Shown here piece by piece: positions 54,260-64,000 of a DNA stretch of 64,000 nucleotides (its first letter is position 1; the number at the start of each line of letters is the position of its first letter). Position numbers and translations under genes: made by a program. The stretch lies in the NCBI GenBank assembly GCA_000092065.1, contig CP000582.1. One strand, given 5' to 3'. The notes under the pieces were generated by a model. That model was not told where the DNA came from and ran no database searches. It was given only the letters and a program-made list of their open reading frames with translations. The stretch is from Ostreococcus lucimarinus. Lineage: Eukaryota.

Positions 54260-54607
54260 TCAACGAAAGCAATGGTGCTGCGTACCTTCGACTACAAAAA
54301 GCCGTCTTATCACTACCAAGTCAGCTGCGTGTGGAATTCGATATTCTTCAAGTCGCTTGTCAGCCATGAGCTGAGTGCCGTTGCACAGCACCCTGTCCTC
54401 CGTAGTTAAGTCACTTTTGAGTTCCGTCTGAGCTTCCTGATCATAAATTTGATGCCAACTTGTACGTGAAAGCTCCTGTACAGTTTTCTGTGCCGATAGA
54501 CTGAGAACAATTTCGTCGAGGATTATAGTTTTAGTCGACAGCGTAGAGTTATGATACAAGCTCCACTTGTTAATCTCTAGTCTTGGGCGAACACGTATCG
54601 TTAACAT
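54260..54607 (-). CDS. small ubiquitin-like-domain protein (tentative)
   Basis: 115-codon ORF with ATG at 54607. Weak ubiquitin-fold pattern (..VLCNGTQLMADKRLEEYRI.. compare ..LIFAGKQLEDGRTLSDYNI..). Low confidence. Confidence 0.3.
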   Translation of the reverse strand: MLTIRVRPRLEINKWSLYHNSTLSTKTIILDEIVLSLSAQKTVQELSRTSWHQIYDQEAQTELKSDLTTEDRVLCNGTQLMADKRLEEYRIPHAADLVVIRRLFVVEGTQHHCFR

Positions 54608-54658
54608 TGGACTCAGTTTTAACTTCTTTGAATGAATATGAGACGCAGCTATGCGGAC

Positions 54659-54703
54659 GAAGTCGCGTGCGTTTTCGCGGTTAAGTCGCGTGCGTTTTCG
54701 CGG
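54659..54703. repeat. tandem duplication of a 21–22-nt unit (AAGTCGCGTGCGTTTTCGCGG, 2 copies)
   Basis: Seen directly. Shares the AAGTCGCG core with the MITE tail. Confidence 0.8.
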
Positions 54704-55113
54704 CGCGCGATGTCGTCATGATGTCCTATGACATGATCTCACTTCAACTAAATATGAATGATTGGGATGTCACTTCACAAGAAAATCGCATAATAAAGGA
54801 TATCATATAGGGTAAAATTACTTAAACATCGATGCTTAGTTAAATCTAAAATCTAATTTCATCCCGTGGCTCCACTTGTCTCTACATTTTTGCAAAAATC
54901 GCTCGTCGAACGCGTCTCATCGAGAGCGCTCGATCGCCGCTGAGTTTGGCAAAATCCACTATATTCGTGGATTTTCATAAAAATGCGGGTCAGAGGCAAG
55001 ACAAAACAAATCCTACTTAGGTTTTCCTGTGACTACATGATGCTTATTAGCCAAGCGCGCTACGTCTACAGTCTATTTGTCGAAGATTGGAAGATTGAAC
55101 ATTTTGTGTATCG

Positions 55114-57056
55114 TCATCTCTCAAAAAAATGAACACTATGATGATACACGCTTACACAGATGAAAATGGCGAGTAGCAGTGCGCTACTTAAAAATATCCA
55201 CAGGTACCAAAAGAGAGGCACCGAACTACGAATTTGCGGTTCGCAATTACTTTCAGCAGTATTACTCAAGACTTCTCGAACTCTTCGACGGAATGCTACG
55301 ACGTCAAATTTCTGTCCAAAATTAAGCTGTGCTGCGTTTCCCATTCGCTCAGCGAGCCCAGACACGCGTGCGAGTTTACTCATCGCGCACGCAAAGCTCT
55401 TGAAAAATGTTAGAAGGAAACTTTAAAGTATTCGACAATCGTACTTCTGGAGTATTTTCGCACAGGAAGCCCGTCACACCATGTATCACAGTCTCCTTGG
55501 GACCTCCACTATTGCACGCAACGACAGGTTTATGGTACTGCATGGCTTCAAGTGGTACGATTCCAAAGTGCTCTTCATTTGGTGTGTACAAAACACACAA
55601 ACTATGATGCAATAAAACTTGCTTCTGGTGATTGTTGATCGAAGGAAGAAAGAGAACACTGTCAGAGAGTTCTAGATCGTCTTTCAGCCTACACTTCAGG
55701 TGTGAATACAGTTGAAATTTGAAGCGCCTTTTTCACCTCCTCAGCTCGCGCAGCACTTGGACATTATCTTGTAAACGCGAGTCAAAGCCACCTGCAAGAA
55801 TCAGCATGTATGTTGCATCGTTCCGATTTTGCTGAATGAACTTATGAAATGCGAGAATAGCAAGACGAAGGTTTTTATTTGAATCGAAACGATTTATGGA
55901 GAGGAATATCTTCCTGCGTCTGAAGTCAGAAGGTTGTGCTGACTAAGACGAAGTTACCAGCCTTACCTTTCCTGAAAAATTAGTGATTTGCCAGGAAAAG
56001 TTCTGAAGGTCGCATCCACATCATGTGTAAACTCAAGCTCCTAAAGCAGGTCAACAACAAATTTGAACCCAGCGTGTAACCAAAGCGTACCGTCAAAGAA
56101 GCTGTGGGGTAAACAACCTCTGGAGATATTCCTTTCCTGTACAGTCGTTTGAAGGTTCGTGAGAAGACTTCAGCTGTAAAGTAGCTATTCACAACAATAC
56201 AATCAGCCTTTACAAATCTGAGTTAGTCGGAACTCAACTCTCGATAAACTTTTCCTTACCATGCCAGTGCAATGCTCCTCAACATAGTCTATCGGAGTTC
56301 GATACAGACGTTGTAGTGTTGTATTGTGTGGAGCTAGTAGGCAGTCTGGAAAATGACAATAAAAAATTGTGCGTTGTGCGAAGATTTTAAGGACAAATAT
56401 TGGGATTGGAACCTGAGCATTGTTAAAGCCATGTAAAAATTCAACTCACACAGTTAAGTACCTGATCCAAAATCCAAACATCGACTTTACCACAGTCTCG
56501 CCACAGTGCAAAAAACTGTATTCAGTTAGCCTAAAAGTTACTGTGAAGGCAAGTAACGTACAACTACGCAAAGACATCGCAGATTGGCGCAAATGGCATG
56601 AAACCGCCCCGCAAAATTTCGTGGCACCAGTGAATTGTAAACTTGTATCCAGTCAACGCGTTTGCCCTCTGGAGAAAACTTTGAATTCACTCGCTTTCGT
56701 CTTTCACTGTCTTTCACCTGTATTCACAGTGTCTTCAAAGCACCGATTTTCGTCGTGAAATGCCGTATAAAGCTTAATCTACTTTGCGGTCAACTCGGAA
56801 TACAATTACTTTTGAAGCTGACTCATGTGACTTACTTCGTGACCAGCTGTTGAGCACGCTCTTGCGAAGTCCAATATGAGTCGTTCTGCGCCACCTATGA
56901 AGAACCTTGTAATGAACATGCAAAGCGAAGCAGATCTACCTCACCTAATCCAAGATCCGGATGTATGATGTTTATTCTTAGCGGTTTTGAGGTGCCGTCA
57001 GTGTGTGCTGAACTTTTGGCGCGGCACTCTTTGGACAAGTCCTTTGTAGCGAACAT
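55114..57056 (-). CDS. ALG2: alpha-1,3/1,6-mannosyltransferase ALG2 (GT4 family), about 5 exons, C-terminal TM segment
   Basis: Exon peptides ..KPLRINIIHPDLGLG.., ..NSYFTAEVFSRTFKRL..PEVVYPTASLTV.., ..[51 protein letters not shown] / SFACAMSKLARVSGLAERM..VPLFWYLWIFLSSALLLAIFICV match human ALG2 ([81 protein letters not shown]). The apparent +1 frameshift near 55400 is resolved by a 46-nt intron GTACGA..CTAAC..CAAG. Confidence 0.8.
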
Positions 57057-57455
57057 CGATGTATTCCAGAACGCGTAAGATGTAAAGATACTCGAAGTCA
57101 CTATTGCCAGAGTGTGGACGAGTCGTACAAATTGATGGCTCACGTGACGGGGTCTAGCGATCCCAGGTTTGTCCGTGAACGAACCATACGAAAAAAGGCA
57201 ACGAAATTGGACGTAGGATCTCACGCAGTCCGCATGAGCCAGATTGGTAGATTATGTGAAGATATAATAGGACGGATTGTACAAGTGCAGAAGTGATGTG
57301 GGGTATCCATTGAAATTAATGTTCACACGATGGCCTAAAGTCACATCATACCTACATCAACTATTTGGCTCTTTTCTTGTTTAAAAGGTCCAAGGGATTC
57401 ATCTACGAAATGCGATCTGGTGAATTTCTTGCCACCGTGGTCAGCGAACAAAGTA

Positions 57456-58730
57456 TTAGTCGTTTTCGTAGAACTCTTCCTTACTTATGACGACGCTGTC
57501 TTGACCCAAACTCCCGCCATATCTTTCGTCTGGGTTCAGATCACTCTCGTCCAACTCCGGTACGAGGACGGCGGGAGGTGCTTCGCTGAATTCAACACTC
57601 GGTGCGAACGTGAGGGATTTCAAGTTTTGCCGAACTTTTTCTTTCACCTGATTCAAGTATGAAGGTGTGTTCAAATTTTCTATCCACACCGGCGCGTGTG
57701 CCTTCAACTTGTATCCTGCATCGGCGTAATACTCGTAATAGTTCTCGTGCGGTGGAATATGTTCTACCAGTTGTTTACCTAGGAGAGTTGCTGTCTCATT
57801 CGCCCAGCATCTGGCTACATTGGATTTCGTATAGCCTCCGCCACCTGTAACAAGTATCGGCTTCGCAAAACTTTTCATGAAGGAAACACATTCTGCGTGA
57901 CCTTTCAGTGAAAGGTTAAAGCAACCGATTCGATCGCCAGCTAGTGAATCAGCGCCGCATTGGAGGACGATGGCGCCTGGTTGGAATGAATCCATCACGT
58001 CTTGCATGACAAATTTGAATAGATCCACAAAGCTTTTGTCATCTATGCCATCATTCAAGGGCACATTGACACTGTAGTATTTTCCCGAGTTTATGCCGAT
58101 GTCCCTCAAACCACCTGTGCCCGGGAAGAACATATCGCCATATTTATGAAAACTGACGGTCATCACTCGATCAGTCATGTAAAATGCTTCTTCCACTCCG
58201 TCACCGTGATGAATATCTATATCTATGTACACGACCCGTGCATGTTGCTTCAGGAGTTCTAGTATCGCTAACACGAGGTCGTTGATGTAGCAAAATCCCG
58301 AAGCTTCTGCCTTCTTTGCATGGTGTAAACCTCCAGACCAGTTTATGGCAATGTCTGATACCCCCTGATTCAATCGCCGGACTCCGTCAATGGACCCACC
58401 TGTGTACCGTCGACAAAAGTCAAGCATGTGATCGAAAATGGGGCAGTCTTCGCCAAGGTTGAATCTTTGCATTTCTAAAACGTATTGTTGCTGCTTGTCA
58501 GGAGTTATTTTTGACAAGAAATCGACGTAATCTTCGCTATGAAACTGAGTGAATTCTGTGTTCGTGCAGGCTCGTGGCCTGAAAACTTGCAGGTGTTTAT
58601 GCAAATCATAGGCCAAAATCAAATTGTGCGTCATGCACAAGCGATGAGGCTTCATGGGGTGGTTCGGCCCGTAGTAGTTTCTACCAACTTCTTCGTCATA
58701 GTAGTAGCACACCCTTTCCTTGGCGACCAT
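57456..58730 (-). CDS. class I histone deacetylase (RPD3/HDAC1-like)
   Basis: ATG at 58730 (MVAKERVCYYYDEEVGRNYYGPNHPMKPHRLCMTHNLILAYDLH..). The whole ORF aligns with HDAC1: ..HHAKKAEASGFCYINDLVLAILELL..YIDIDIHHGDGVEEAFY..VSFHKYGDMFFPGTG..GGGGYT.. 425 aa, no C-terminal tail. Confidence 0.9.
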   Translation of the reverse strand: MVAKERVCYYYDEEVGRNYYGPNHPMKPHRLCMTHNLILAYDLHKHLQVFRPRACTNTEFTQFHSEDYVDFLSKITPDKQQQYVLEMQRFNLGEDCPIFDHMLDFCRRYTGGSIDGVRRLNQGVSDIAINWSGGLHHAKKAEASGFCYINDLVLAILELLKQHARVVYIDIDIHHGDGVEEAFYMTDRVMTVSFHKYGDMFFPGTGGLRDIGINSGKYYSVNVPLNDGIDDKSFVDLFKFVMQDVMDSFQPGAIVLQCGADSLAGDRIGCFNLSLKGHAECVSFMKSFAKPILVTGGGGYTKSNVARCWANETATLLGKQLVEHIPPHENYYEYYADAGYKLKAHAPVWIENLNTPSYLNQVKEKVRQNLKSLTFAPSVEFSEAPPAVLVPELDESDLNPDERYGGSLGQDSVVISKEEFYEND

Positions 58731-59060
58731 CGGAACCGACGAAAGCCCGTGTGGAACGAGAACCAACCTTTTGTTAAAAAATTGGCGACGGCCGCAAACT
58801 GTCTTGAATTTCGTAGGAACTGAATACTATCTCGTTTGCTAGGCTTCGGCTTCCGTGTGTTGCGTGCGGTGCAAGGTGGCCGACGTGGTACTTGGAAGAA
58901 AATAAGAAAATTGAATCGAGTAAGCCGAACCCAACCCGTATTATAGCGGCGCTAAAGAGTATGTCTACACTACGAGACTCAAACATACATATAGACTAGA
59001 TATAGACTTGGCGCGTATTCATACGAATAACCATCAGACAAGCGACTTTAAACGCGCGAC

Positions 59061-59483
59061 TTGAAAACTAAACCAAAAAATACAGCAGGATTCGGCTGGT
59101 GCCGCCGCCGTGCAGCCCACGGAAAAGACGCGCCTATCGAAGCGATGCGTGACGAAGGAAGTGAAGGCGACGTGAAAAGCCAACCAAAATTAGAGAAAAG
59201 GTACACAACTTACGTTCGGTTGTACCGTTTCATTGACGTCCTCTGAAGTTCTCCGAAATCCTCAAAGAGTAGGGCATACTACCTGAAGAAGTGTACGACT
59301 GTAAAAGCTCTGTTCTTCCGCCATTTTACATGAACGTTTTCAGCCGAAATGAAGGTCTTACAGCTCATTGAGAAGTATGAGGTACTCAAAAGCAAAGGTG
59401 CAGTTGACAAATTCCTAGCAAAAAAGCGAAAGAGGCGCGCGACTCGAGGAAGAAAATATGTACCCTCTGTTCCCAAGCGCTGA
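59061..59483 (+). CDS. RRP36-like rRNA-processing protein (tentative, multi-exon)
   Basis: Terminal exon (acceptor GTTTTCAG at ~59340) reads ..MKVLQLIEKYEVLKSKGAVDKFLAKKRKRRATRGRKYVPSVPKR*. It resembles the Rrp36 C-terminus (..LEKKFDQLKKSGRIDKFLERRRKKNASKDHRYMP). Upstream exon candidate at 59061..59246. Confidence 0.4.
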
Positions 59484-59562
59484 CTCTTTCAGCGTAAAGT
59501 GAACCGTTGAATTGTTTTGCGCATGGAATGGTAACTTATCTTCGAACTATGACGTCTTTACA

Positions 59563-61686
59563 TCAAATGATGTGCACAATTCCATCGTCAACAAATATCT
59601 CGTTTGAGGTGGCCATTCTGTCTAGAATTTGCGTCACCTTCACAGGGTTGAAATGTGGCGACCACGAAGCTGCACTTCTCATAATAGCAGCAAGTTCTAC
59701 GCTGTTCTGACGAGCTCTAAGCTGACTGAAATTTCGTCTGAAAATACTCAGTTCATCTTCTTCTGTAGTCGGACCAGCAGGTAATGACGTGCAGCAGTCA
59801 GACACAATTTGCTCATTTGCTTCTATCCCGTATTTGAGTAAGCGTATGGCTTCGAGTGCATCGATACGCTCAACTTTCCTCGACATCCTTAGTTTTGCGT
59901 GCGCGCTGGCTAAACGGATCATCGTCTCAAGTGTCCGCGCAGTTATTGGTATCGAGCTTGAAGTTCTGGTCTTTTCTGCTTTCGCAAGTCTCCAAGCAGC
60001 ATATTGTTCAGCGATGCACACTTCTGCTTCATTTGTAAGTTTCTGTTCCCAAGGTCGTTCTTTCATGAATCGCAAATACTTTTGAAGATCGCTCTTCGTC
60101 AAAAACCCGCCGTTTGGCTCAGTACATGCGTCGGTGAAACTCCATTGGTTTTCTGGGTCGACTGCGACACTCGCAAGTCGGCTGCTTGTTGTAGCCGCAG
60201 GGCTCCTGTCCTGGCTATGGAGTTGAAGAACATGGGAAGAAATCGTACGATCGACCGTGGCATCAGATATATCATGAATGACAAAAAGTAAATCGAACCG
60301 TGATAAGAGTGAGTCGGGGAGATTGATGTTGCGAGAAAGACTTTGAGCGTGATCGTACGTCCCATACAGTGGATTGGCAGCAGCAACCACACTGCACCTA
60401 GCATTCAGAGATGCCTGTATACCAGCCTTAGAAATAGTAACCGTTTGCTGTTCCATTACTTCATGTATCGCAACCCTATCGATATCATTCATCTTGTCGA
60501 ATTCATCTATGCAGACAACGCCCCGATCAGCAAGCACCATCGCTCCAGCTTCCAGGCGTCTTTCTCCGGTTTCCATGTCACTAGTGATGGCCGCTGTCAA
60601 ACCAACGCCAGACGAACCGCGTCCAGTCGTACTTATAGCAAAAGGCGCAACACCCATGACACATCGCAATAATTGTGACTTCGCAACGGATGGATCACCA
60701 ACAAGTAAACAGTTAATATCACCGCGAATGTGAGTTCCGTTCGGCAAGTTCTTTTCGTTACCTCCTAGGAGGAGGAGCACTAAGGCTTGCTTAATATGGT
60801 TATGACCGCATATAGATGGGGCTAGAGAACGCCCTAGTAGCTCCAAAAGTTGTCTTGGTTGAACTATATTTGCCATTCTGGTCATGTCTTCGACTTCTGA
60901 TATTGTCGGGATGGGTGAAAGTTCCTTCGATAGTTTTTCTACACAATTTGCAACCAAAACAGTCTGGAAAGTACAAGTGTTACTGCGCTGAACTGGAACG
61001 ACTTTGTAAATTCCGATAATGCTCACTCGGTCTCCGGGTTTGCAGCAATCAACTAAATCTTCTTCGAGAATGACATCCACTGACCGTGGAAGCTGACCAG
61101 CAGGTGCTTTCTCTGGCATTTCTTGAATACATATGCGTTGATGATCAACGTACAACGATTCACCGTATTCGATGTCCAAAGAATTTCCGCTTTGATCTCG
61201 CATTGGAAAAGCCGCACCAGTACTCATACCAGTCAGTGCTGTGACATCGCGATAAATCTGTCCTTGGGACAGCTTTCCTGTATTGGGACAGAACTGAACT
61301 ATCTTTTGAACTTTTGGATTGACAGCGGAGCACTTGGTTACAATGCCATGTACTCGAACCATCTTATTGAGGTATGTTGATAACAGCTGTCTCGGAGACA
61401 GTTCATAGCTTCCAAAATTACCAGAAATACCTACACAAAAAGAGCACGGCTTTCTCAACAAAGATTCGGCGGCCACGCTGAGCGCTTTCAGTGCTACTCC
61501 TGGATCGGTTAGTATCCTCTGCGCTAAAGATGAGTCAAATTCTCGCACATGATCGAGTTGCACGATAAATCTGCCTCCCTCAGTTTGCTTTTGTAGCTTG
61601 ACCAAGTATGTGTCTTCGGAAACGGTTTTGCCGTTCCCTGAAATTTCAAATTTTTTTTGAAAAAAGGCTTCGAACTCGCGTTCCAT
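59563..61686 (-). CDS. MCM7: DNA replication licensing factor MCM7, single exon 707 aa
   Basis: ATG at 61686. Walker [12 protein letters not shown] and Walker [13 protein letters not shown]7-specific blocks: ..[24 protein letters not shown].., [62 protein letters not shown] (compare human [35 protein letters not shown]). Confidence 0.9.
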   Translation of the reverse strand: MEREFEAFFQKKFEISGNGKTVSEDTYLVKLQKQTEGGRFIVQLDHVREFDSSLAQRILTDPGVALKALSVAAESLLRKPCSFCVGISGNFGSYELSPRQLLSTYLNKMVRVHGIVTKCSAVNPKVQKIVQFCPNTGKLSQGQIYRDVTALTGMSTGAAFPMRDQSGNSLDIEYGESLYVDHQRICIQEMPEKAPAGQLPRSVDVILEEDLVDCCKPGDRVSIIGIYKVVPVQRSNTCTFQTVLVANCVEKLSKELSPIPTISEVEDMTRMANIVQPRQLLELLGRSLAPSICGHNHIKQALVLLLLGGNEKNLPNGTHIRGDINCLLVGDPSVAKSQLLRCVMGVAPFAISTTGRGSSGVGLTAAITSDMETGERRLEAGAMVLADRGVVCIDEFDKMNDIDRVAIHEVMEQQTVTISKAGIQASLNARCSVVAAANPLYGTYDHAQSLSRNINLPDSLLSRFDLLFVIHDISDATVDRTISSHVLQLHSQDRSPAATTSSRLASVAVDPENQWSFTDACTEPNGGFLTKSDLQKYLRFMKERPWEQKLTNEAEVCIAEQYAAWRLAKAEKTRTSSSIPITARTLETMIRLASAHAKLRMSRKVERIDALEAIRLLKYGIEANEQIVSDCCTSLPAGPTTEEDELSIFRRNFSQLRARQNSVELAAIMRSAASWSPHFNPVKVTQILDRMATSNEIFVDDGIVHII

Positions 61687-61869
61687 GAAGGCGTTCCTCG
61701 CTCGTTGTGTCCAGTTTTAAAGCGCTAGAAGTACTAGCTTTTCACAAGCTCCAATATCAATCGAGCGTGCTCGTAACCGGACTCACTCTTTGAGGCTGCG
61801 CGCTGCGAACGAGGCAGCGAGCGGCGTCCGGGGATTGGTTTTTTGTAAAATTTGTTAGGATTGATATGA

Positions 61870-62016
61870 TATCAGTATATATTACTTTCCACGTCCCCAA
61901 TACGTGCGTACCGTCGGAAGTGCTAATAACTCGCGACGACGCCACAACGCGCGCCTGGCGATCGAGAAGTGCTAGCACCCCATACATTAGAGCCTGGAAA
62001 GTAATACATACTGATA
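61870..62016 (-). mobile_element. MITE-like element copy B (147 bp, Tc1/mariner/Stowaway-type: 20-bp TIRs ATCAGTATATATTACTTTCC / GGAAAGTAATACATACTGAT, flanked by AT/TA)
   Basis: TIRs match 19/20. CAGT..ACTG termini with a TA-like flank (atat|cagt..actg|atat). The internal sequence is ~95% identical to copy A (35107..35210) in inverse orientation. Non-coding, located upstream of MCM7. Confidence 0.6.
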
Positions 62017-62103
62017 TCGGATAGATAGATATCCAACGCCAAAAATGTTTTTCTGGCGTTGGCGTGTCGTACTTGTCGCAGCGTTCGCTTTCTCCACGCG
62101 GCG

Positions 62104-62143
62104 CAAAGCGTGAAGGAAACCTGCAAAGCGTGAAGGAAACCTG
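62104..62143. repeat. tandem duplication of a 20-nt unit (CAAAGCGTGAAGGAAACCTG, 2 copies)
   Basis: Seen directly. Confidence 0.8.
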
Positions 62144-62224
62144 CAGACTCGTTCGCCCGCAAGTGTACGTAATCTCGATTGAGATAAGTTGATACTTGCA
62201 ACCGTTAGTAACTTTTACTGTGAA

Positions 62225-63143
62225 CATGAATGTGCGTATTACTCAGCGGACAGCGTTCCTAACACTAGCCCCTTCGCGCAGCACCGCGTTCAACGGTAGG
62301 AAAGCGTGCAGTAATCGATTCACTCGCATCGCTCGTAAAATCCAAGCGTCGTTGGATTTGACTGAAGATATGGAGCGTATTGTCTCTCGGCGATACGTGG
62401 TTACCTCAACACTTGTGATAGGACAGCTGACACGTGCCTTACCCGCAAAAGCCGTCATGGTATGTATCGAGCGATTGAGCCTAGACCGTGAGCATATCTC
62501 AAAATCGCGTAGGGAATGACGGCAGGGCGCGTTCCAGGGTTCGCCAAGGCCGATACCAATGGCTTTCGAGTGTACACGCGACCCGAGGCCAAAAGCGGTG
62601 GACATGGTGTCGGCTGGAGTGAAATAACACCTTACTCGTTTCAAGCGAATGAGTCATGGAGAGAAACGCCCGTGAGCATTGCTGATCCAGCGGGTACAGA
62701 AATCGATGCTAAATTTGTGAGCGACAGCGATGGAGAGCTGAAAATAATTCTTGCTCCCATCCTTCGTTTTTCAGACAAGGTGAGTGTTTTTTCTGAAAGT
62801 TTGGATGTAAACAAATTGAAACTGAAACAATACATAAAAGGGTGACTTGGATACAATCGATATTAAAGAGCTTGTTTCGTTGAATGCTTTCATAAAAGGA
62901 TTTGGTCCAGAACTATTAGGAAATCCCATACAGGACGAGAACATACTGAGCGCCGAGGAGATTCAAGTAAAAGATAGAACCTACTACATCTACGAACTTG
63001 CAAATCATAGTCTGGTATCAGCAACTACCTGGAATAAAAGAGTTTACATATGTGCCATAACATGCAACTCGTTACAATGGCGAAAAAGTAAATCAAATAA
63101 CATTTCAGTGCTCAAGTCTTTCCAGGTACTTGTCTCCGGCTAG
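62225..63143 (+). CDS. PsbP-domain protein (PsbP-like / PPL-type thylakoid lumen protein) with bipartite presequence incl. twin-arginine signal; 3 exons
   Basis: Exon 1 from ATG 62225 reads MNVRITQRTAFLTLAPSRSTAFNG..EDMERIVSRRYVVTSTLVIGQLTRALPAKAVM, with an RR motif, a hydrophobic core and AKA. Donor GTATGT. Exon 2 reads GMTAGRVPGFAKADTNGFRVYTRPEAKSGGHGVGWSEITPYSF..ILRFSDK (donor GTGAGT). Exon 3 reads GDLDTIDIKELVSLNAFIKGFGPELLGN..DRTYYIYELANHSLVSATTWNKRVYICAIT..W. This is the PsbP-fold pattern. Confidence 0.8.
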
Positions 63144-63208
63144 CTCCAAAATTCTGAAGAGTATCAAAGATACTATCCACTGCTTGGAATTTTGAACGCG
63201 CTCCCTAT

Positions 63209-64000
63209 TTACTTCGCTTTGACTTGTACTGATATGTTCATCGCCGCAAGCTCTGCCGTAAGATAAATGAAAACATGTGGAATGGAAATGCGTTCAAGTT
63301 TGTGTGCTGAATCACAGACCCGACAACTCGTTCTGCGAGACGAGTATTCGTCAGTACGGATAGACGCCACGCATGTCAAAGGGGCTATCAAGCTACCACA
63401 CATATTACAAACCCAAGCATCTCGATTATCTGAGCAGATATGCAACCTATCACGCAGCTGCTAAATGTGTTAGAGTTTACGACGGAATAAATCCAAACAA
63501 GCTCACCAAGTATGCTACACCATGGGCAAGGAGTGAATCGCGTTCCATTTCACCGAAACGTATACCACCACCTGACTTTCTTCCTTTGATCGGCTGCATC
63601 GTGAGAGGATTGTTTGGGCCAGTTGACCGCACTTGAAATTTATCGCTCACCTAGTTACTTGTAATGAGAGAACCATGAAAAGTATGAAAAAGACTCACCA
63701 TATGGCGCAGACGTTGGTAGTACACGAGACCAATAAAAATATCAACACTGAAGCTCTCACCTGTACAACCATTGACCAAACGTTCACTACCACAGAAATT
63801 GTAGCCACTTTCTCGAAGCAACTTGCCATATTCTTCTGTGGGTGAAATCTCCTTGTCACTATGCTTGAAAGGAGTTGCATCCGCAAAAATTCCTGTGCTA
63901 GCACCAGCTTTGGCAGCCAAACTCTCAACAAGCATACCAATAGTCATTCGCGACGGAAAGGCATGCGGATTGATGATAACGTCGGGTCGAAGACCTGTGC
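63209..64000 (-). CDS. RPA2: RNA polymerase I second-largest subunit (RPA2/A135), C-terminal part; continues beyond window end
   Basis: Exons: 63700..64000 ([57 protein letters not shown]), 63508..63651 ([48 protein letters not shown]) and 63209..63457 ([26 protein letters not shown]..). The Pol I (A135) flavour (SIGMFVESLAGKAG; [20 protein letters not shown]) fits better than Pol II or Pol III. Introns are 48 and 50 nt (GTGAGT, GTGAGC). Confidence 0.85.

Noticed and set aside
1-64000. Reading the window as a prokaryotic operon or defence-island region, as the bacterial-style ORF track might suggest
   Set aside because: Many genes are split by GT..AG introns with branch points. Proteins are eukaryote-specific (tubulin, HDAC, MCM7, V-ATPase d, KDEL receptor). 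tRNAs have Pol III oligo-T terminators. No Shine-Dalgarno, operon structure or CRISPR array is present.

Overview
Best read: a compact, intron-poor eukaryotic nuclear region of a photosynthetic green-lineage alga, not prokaryotic DNA. The ORF track uses bacterial start codons and so misses spliced genes. I count about 45 protein-coding genes on both strands, roughly one per 1.4 kb. They carry short GT..AG spliceosomal introns, mostly 45–60 nt, with CTAAC/CTGAC branch points. Donors are GTGAGT, GTAAGT, a recurrent GTACGN class and a few GTTCNN. Three tRNA genes have oligo-T terminators (Phe-GAA, Leu-CAG, Arg-CCT). There is one (GA)n microsatellite. Two copies of a Tc1/mariner-like miniature transposon occur, a 3′-degenerate one at 35.1 kb and an intact one at 61.9 kb, plus a 25-bp fragment at 38.6 kb. 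GC content looks moderate by eye (not counted).

The green-lineage assignment rests on nuclear genes for chloroplast proteins: CHLI, CHLP, PSAL, PSBW, a PsbP-domain protein, plastid ATS1/GPAT, MGD1, a homogentisate prenyltransferase and ClpP. The window also holds a P2X-type ATP-gated channel, which has been reported in prasinophytes. Together with gene density and intron size this fits a Mamiellophyceae-like genome, but that is inference only.

Housekeeping genes found by homology: gamma-tubulin, eL19, DEAD-box helicase, ERCC1, RBX1, V-ATPase d, Timeless, choline kinase, ABC1 kinase, a cyclin, KDEL receptor, PP2C, OGFOD1, Fip1, COQ4, PrmC, RLP24, BOP1, ALG2, HDAC, MCM7 and Pol I RPA2.

Observations most worth following up:
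- Dense neighbourhood of plastid-function genes (24–42 kb): CHLI↔ClpP divergent, PsbW, CHLP, ATS1, PsaL, MGD1.
- One uninterrupted ORF fusing a MYND zinc finger, a SET domain, a TPR-like region and a prolyl-4-hydroxylase-type 2OG oxygenase domain. Its 3′ coding end overlaps ERCC1.
- A P2X-like channel with a ~230-aa C-terminal extension that looks FHA-like.
- An intronless LacZ-type GH2 beta-galactosidase, possibly horizontally acquired.
- The TA-flanked CAGT-terminal transposon family near promoters.
- An 18-nt in-frame GT..AG segment containing a stop codon inside the prenyltransferase gene.
- Three tandem GC-rich hairpins followed by a T-run at 34.59–34.65 kb.
- Several convergent gene pairs whose stop codons nearly abut.

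All homology calls are by eye from motif recognition. Exon boundaries are approximate.
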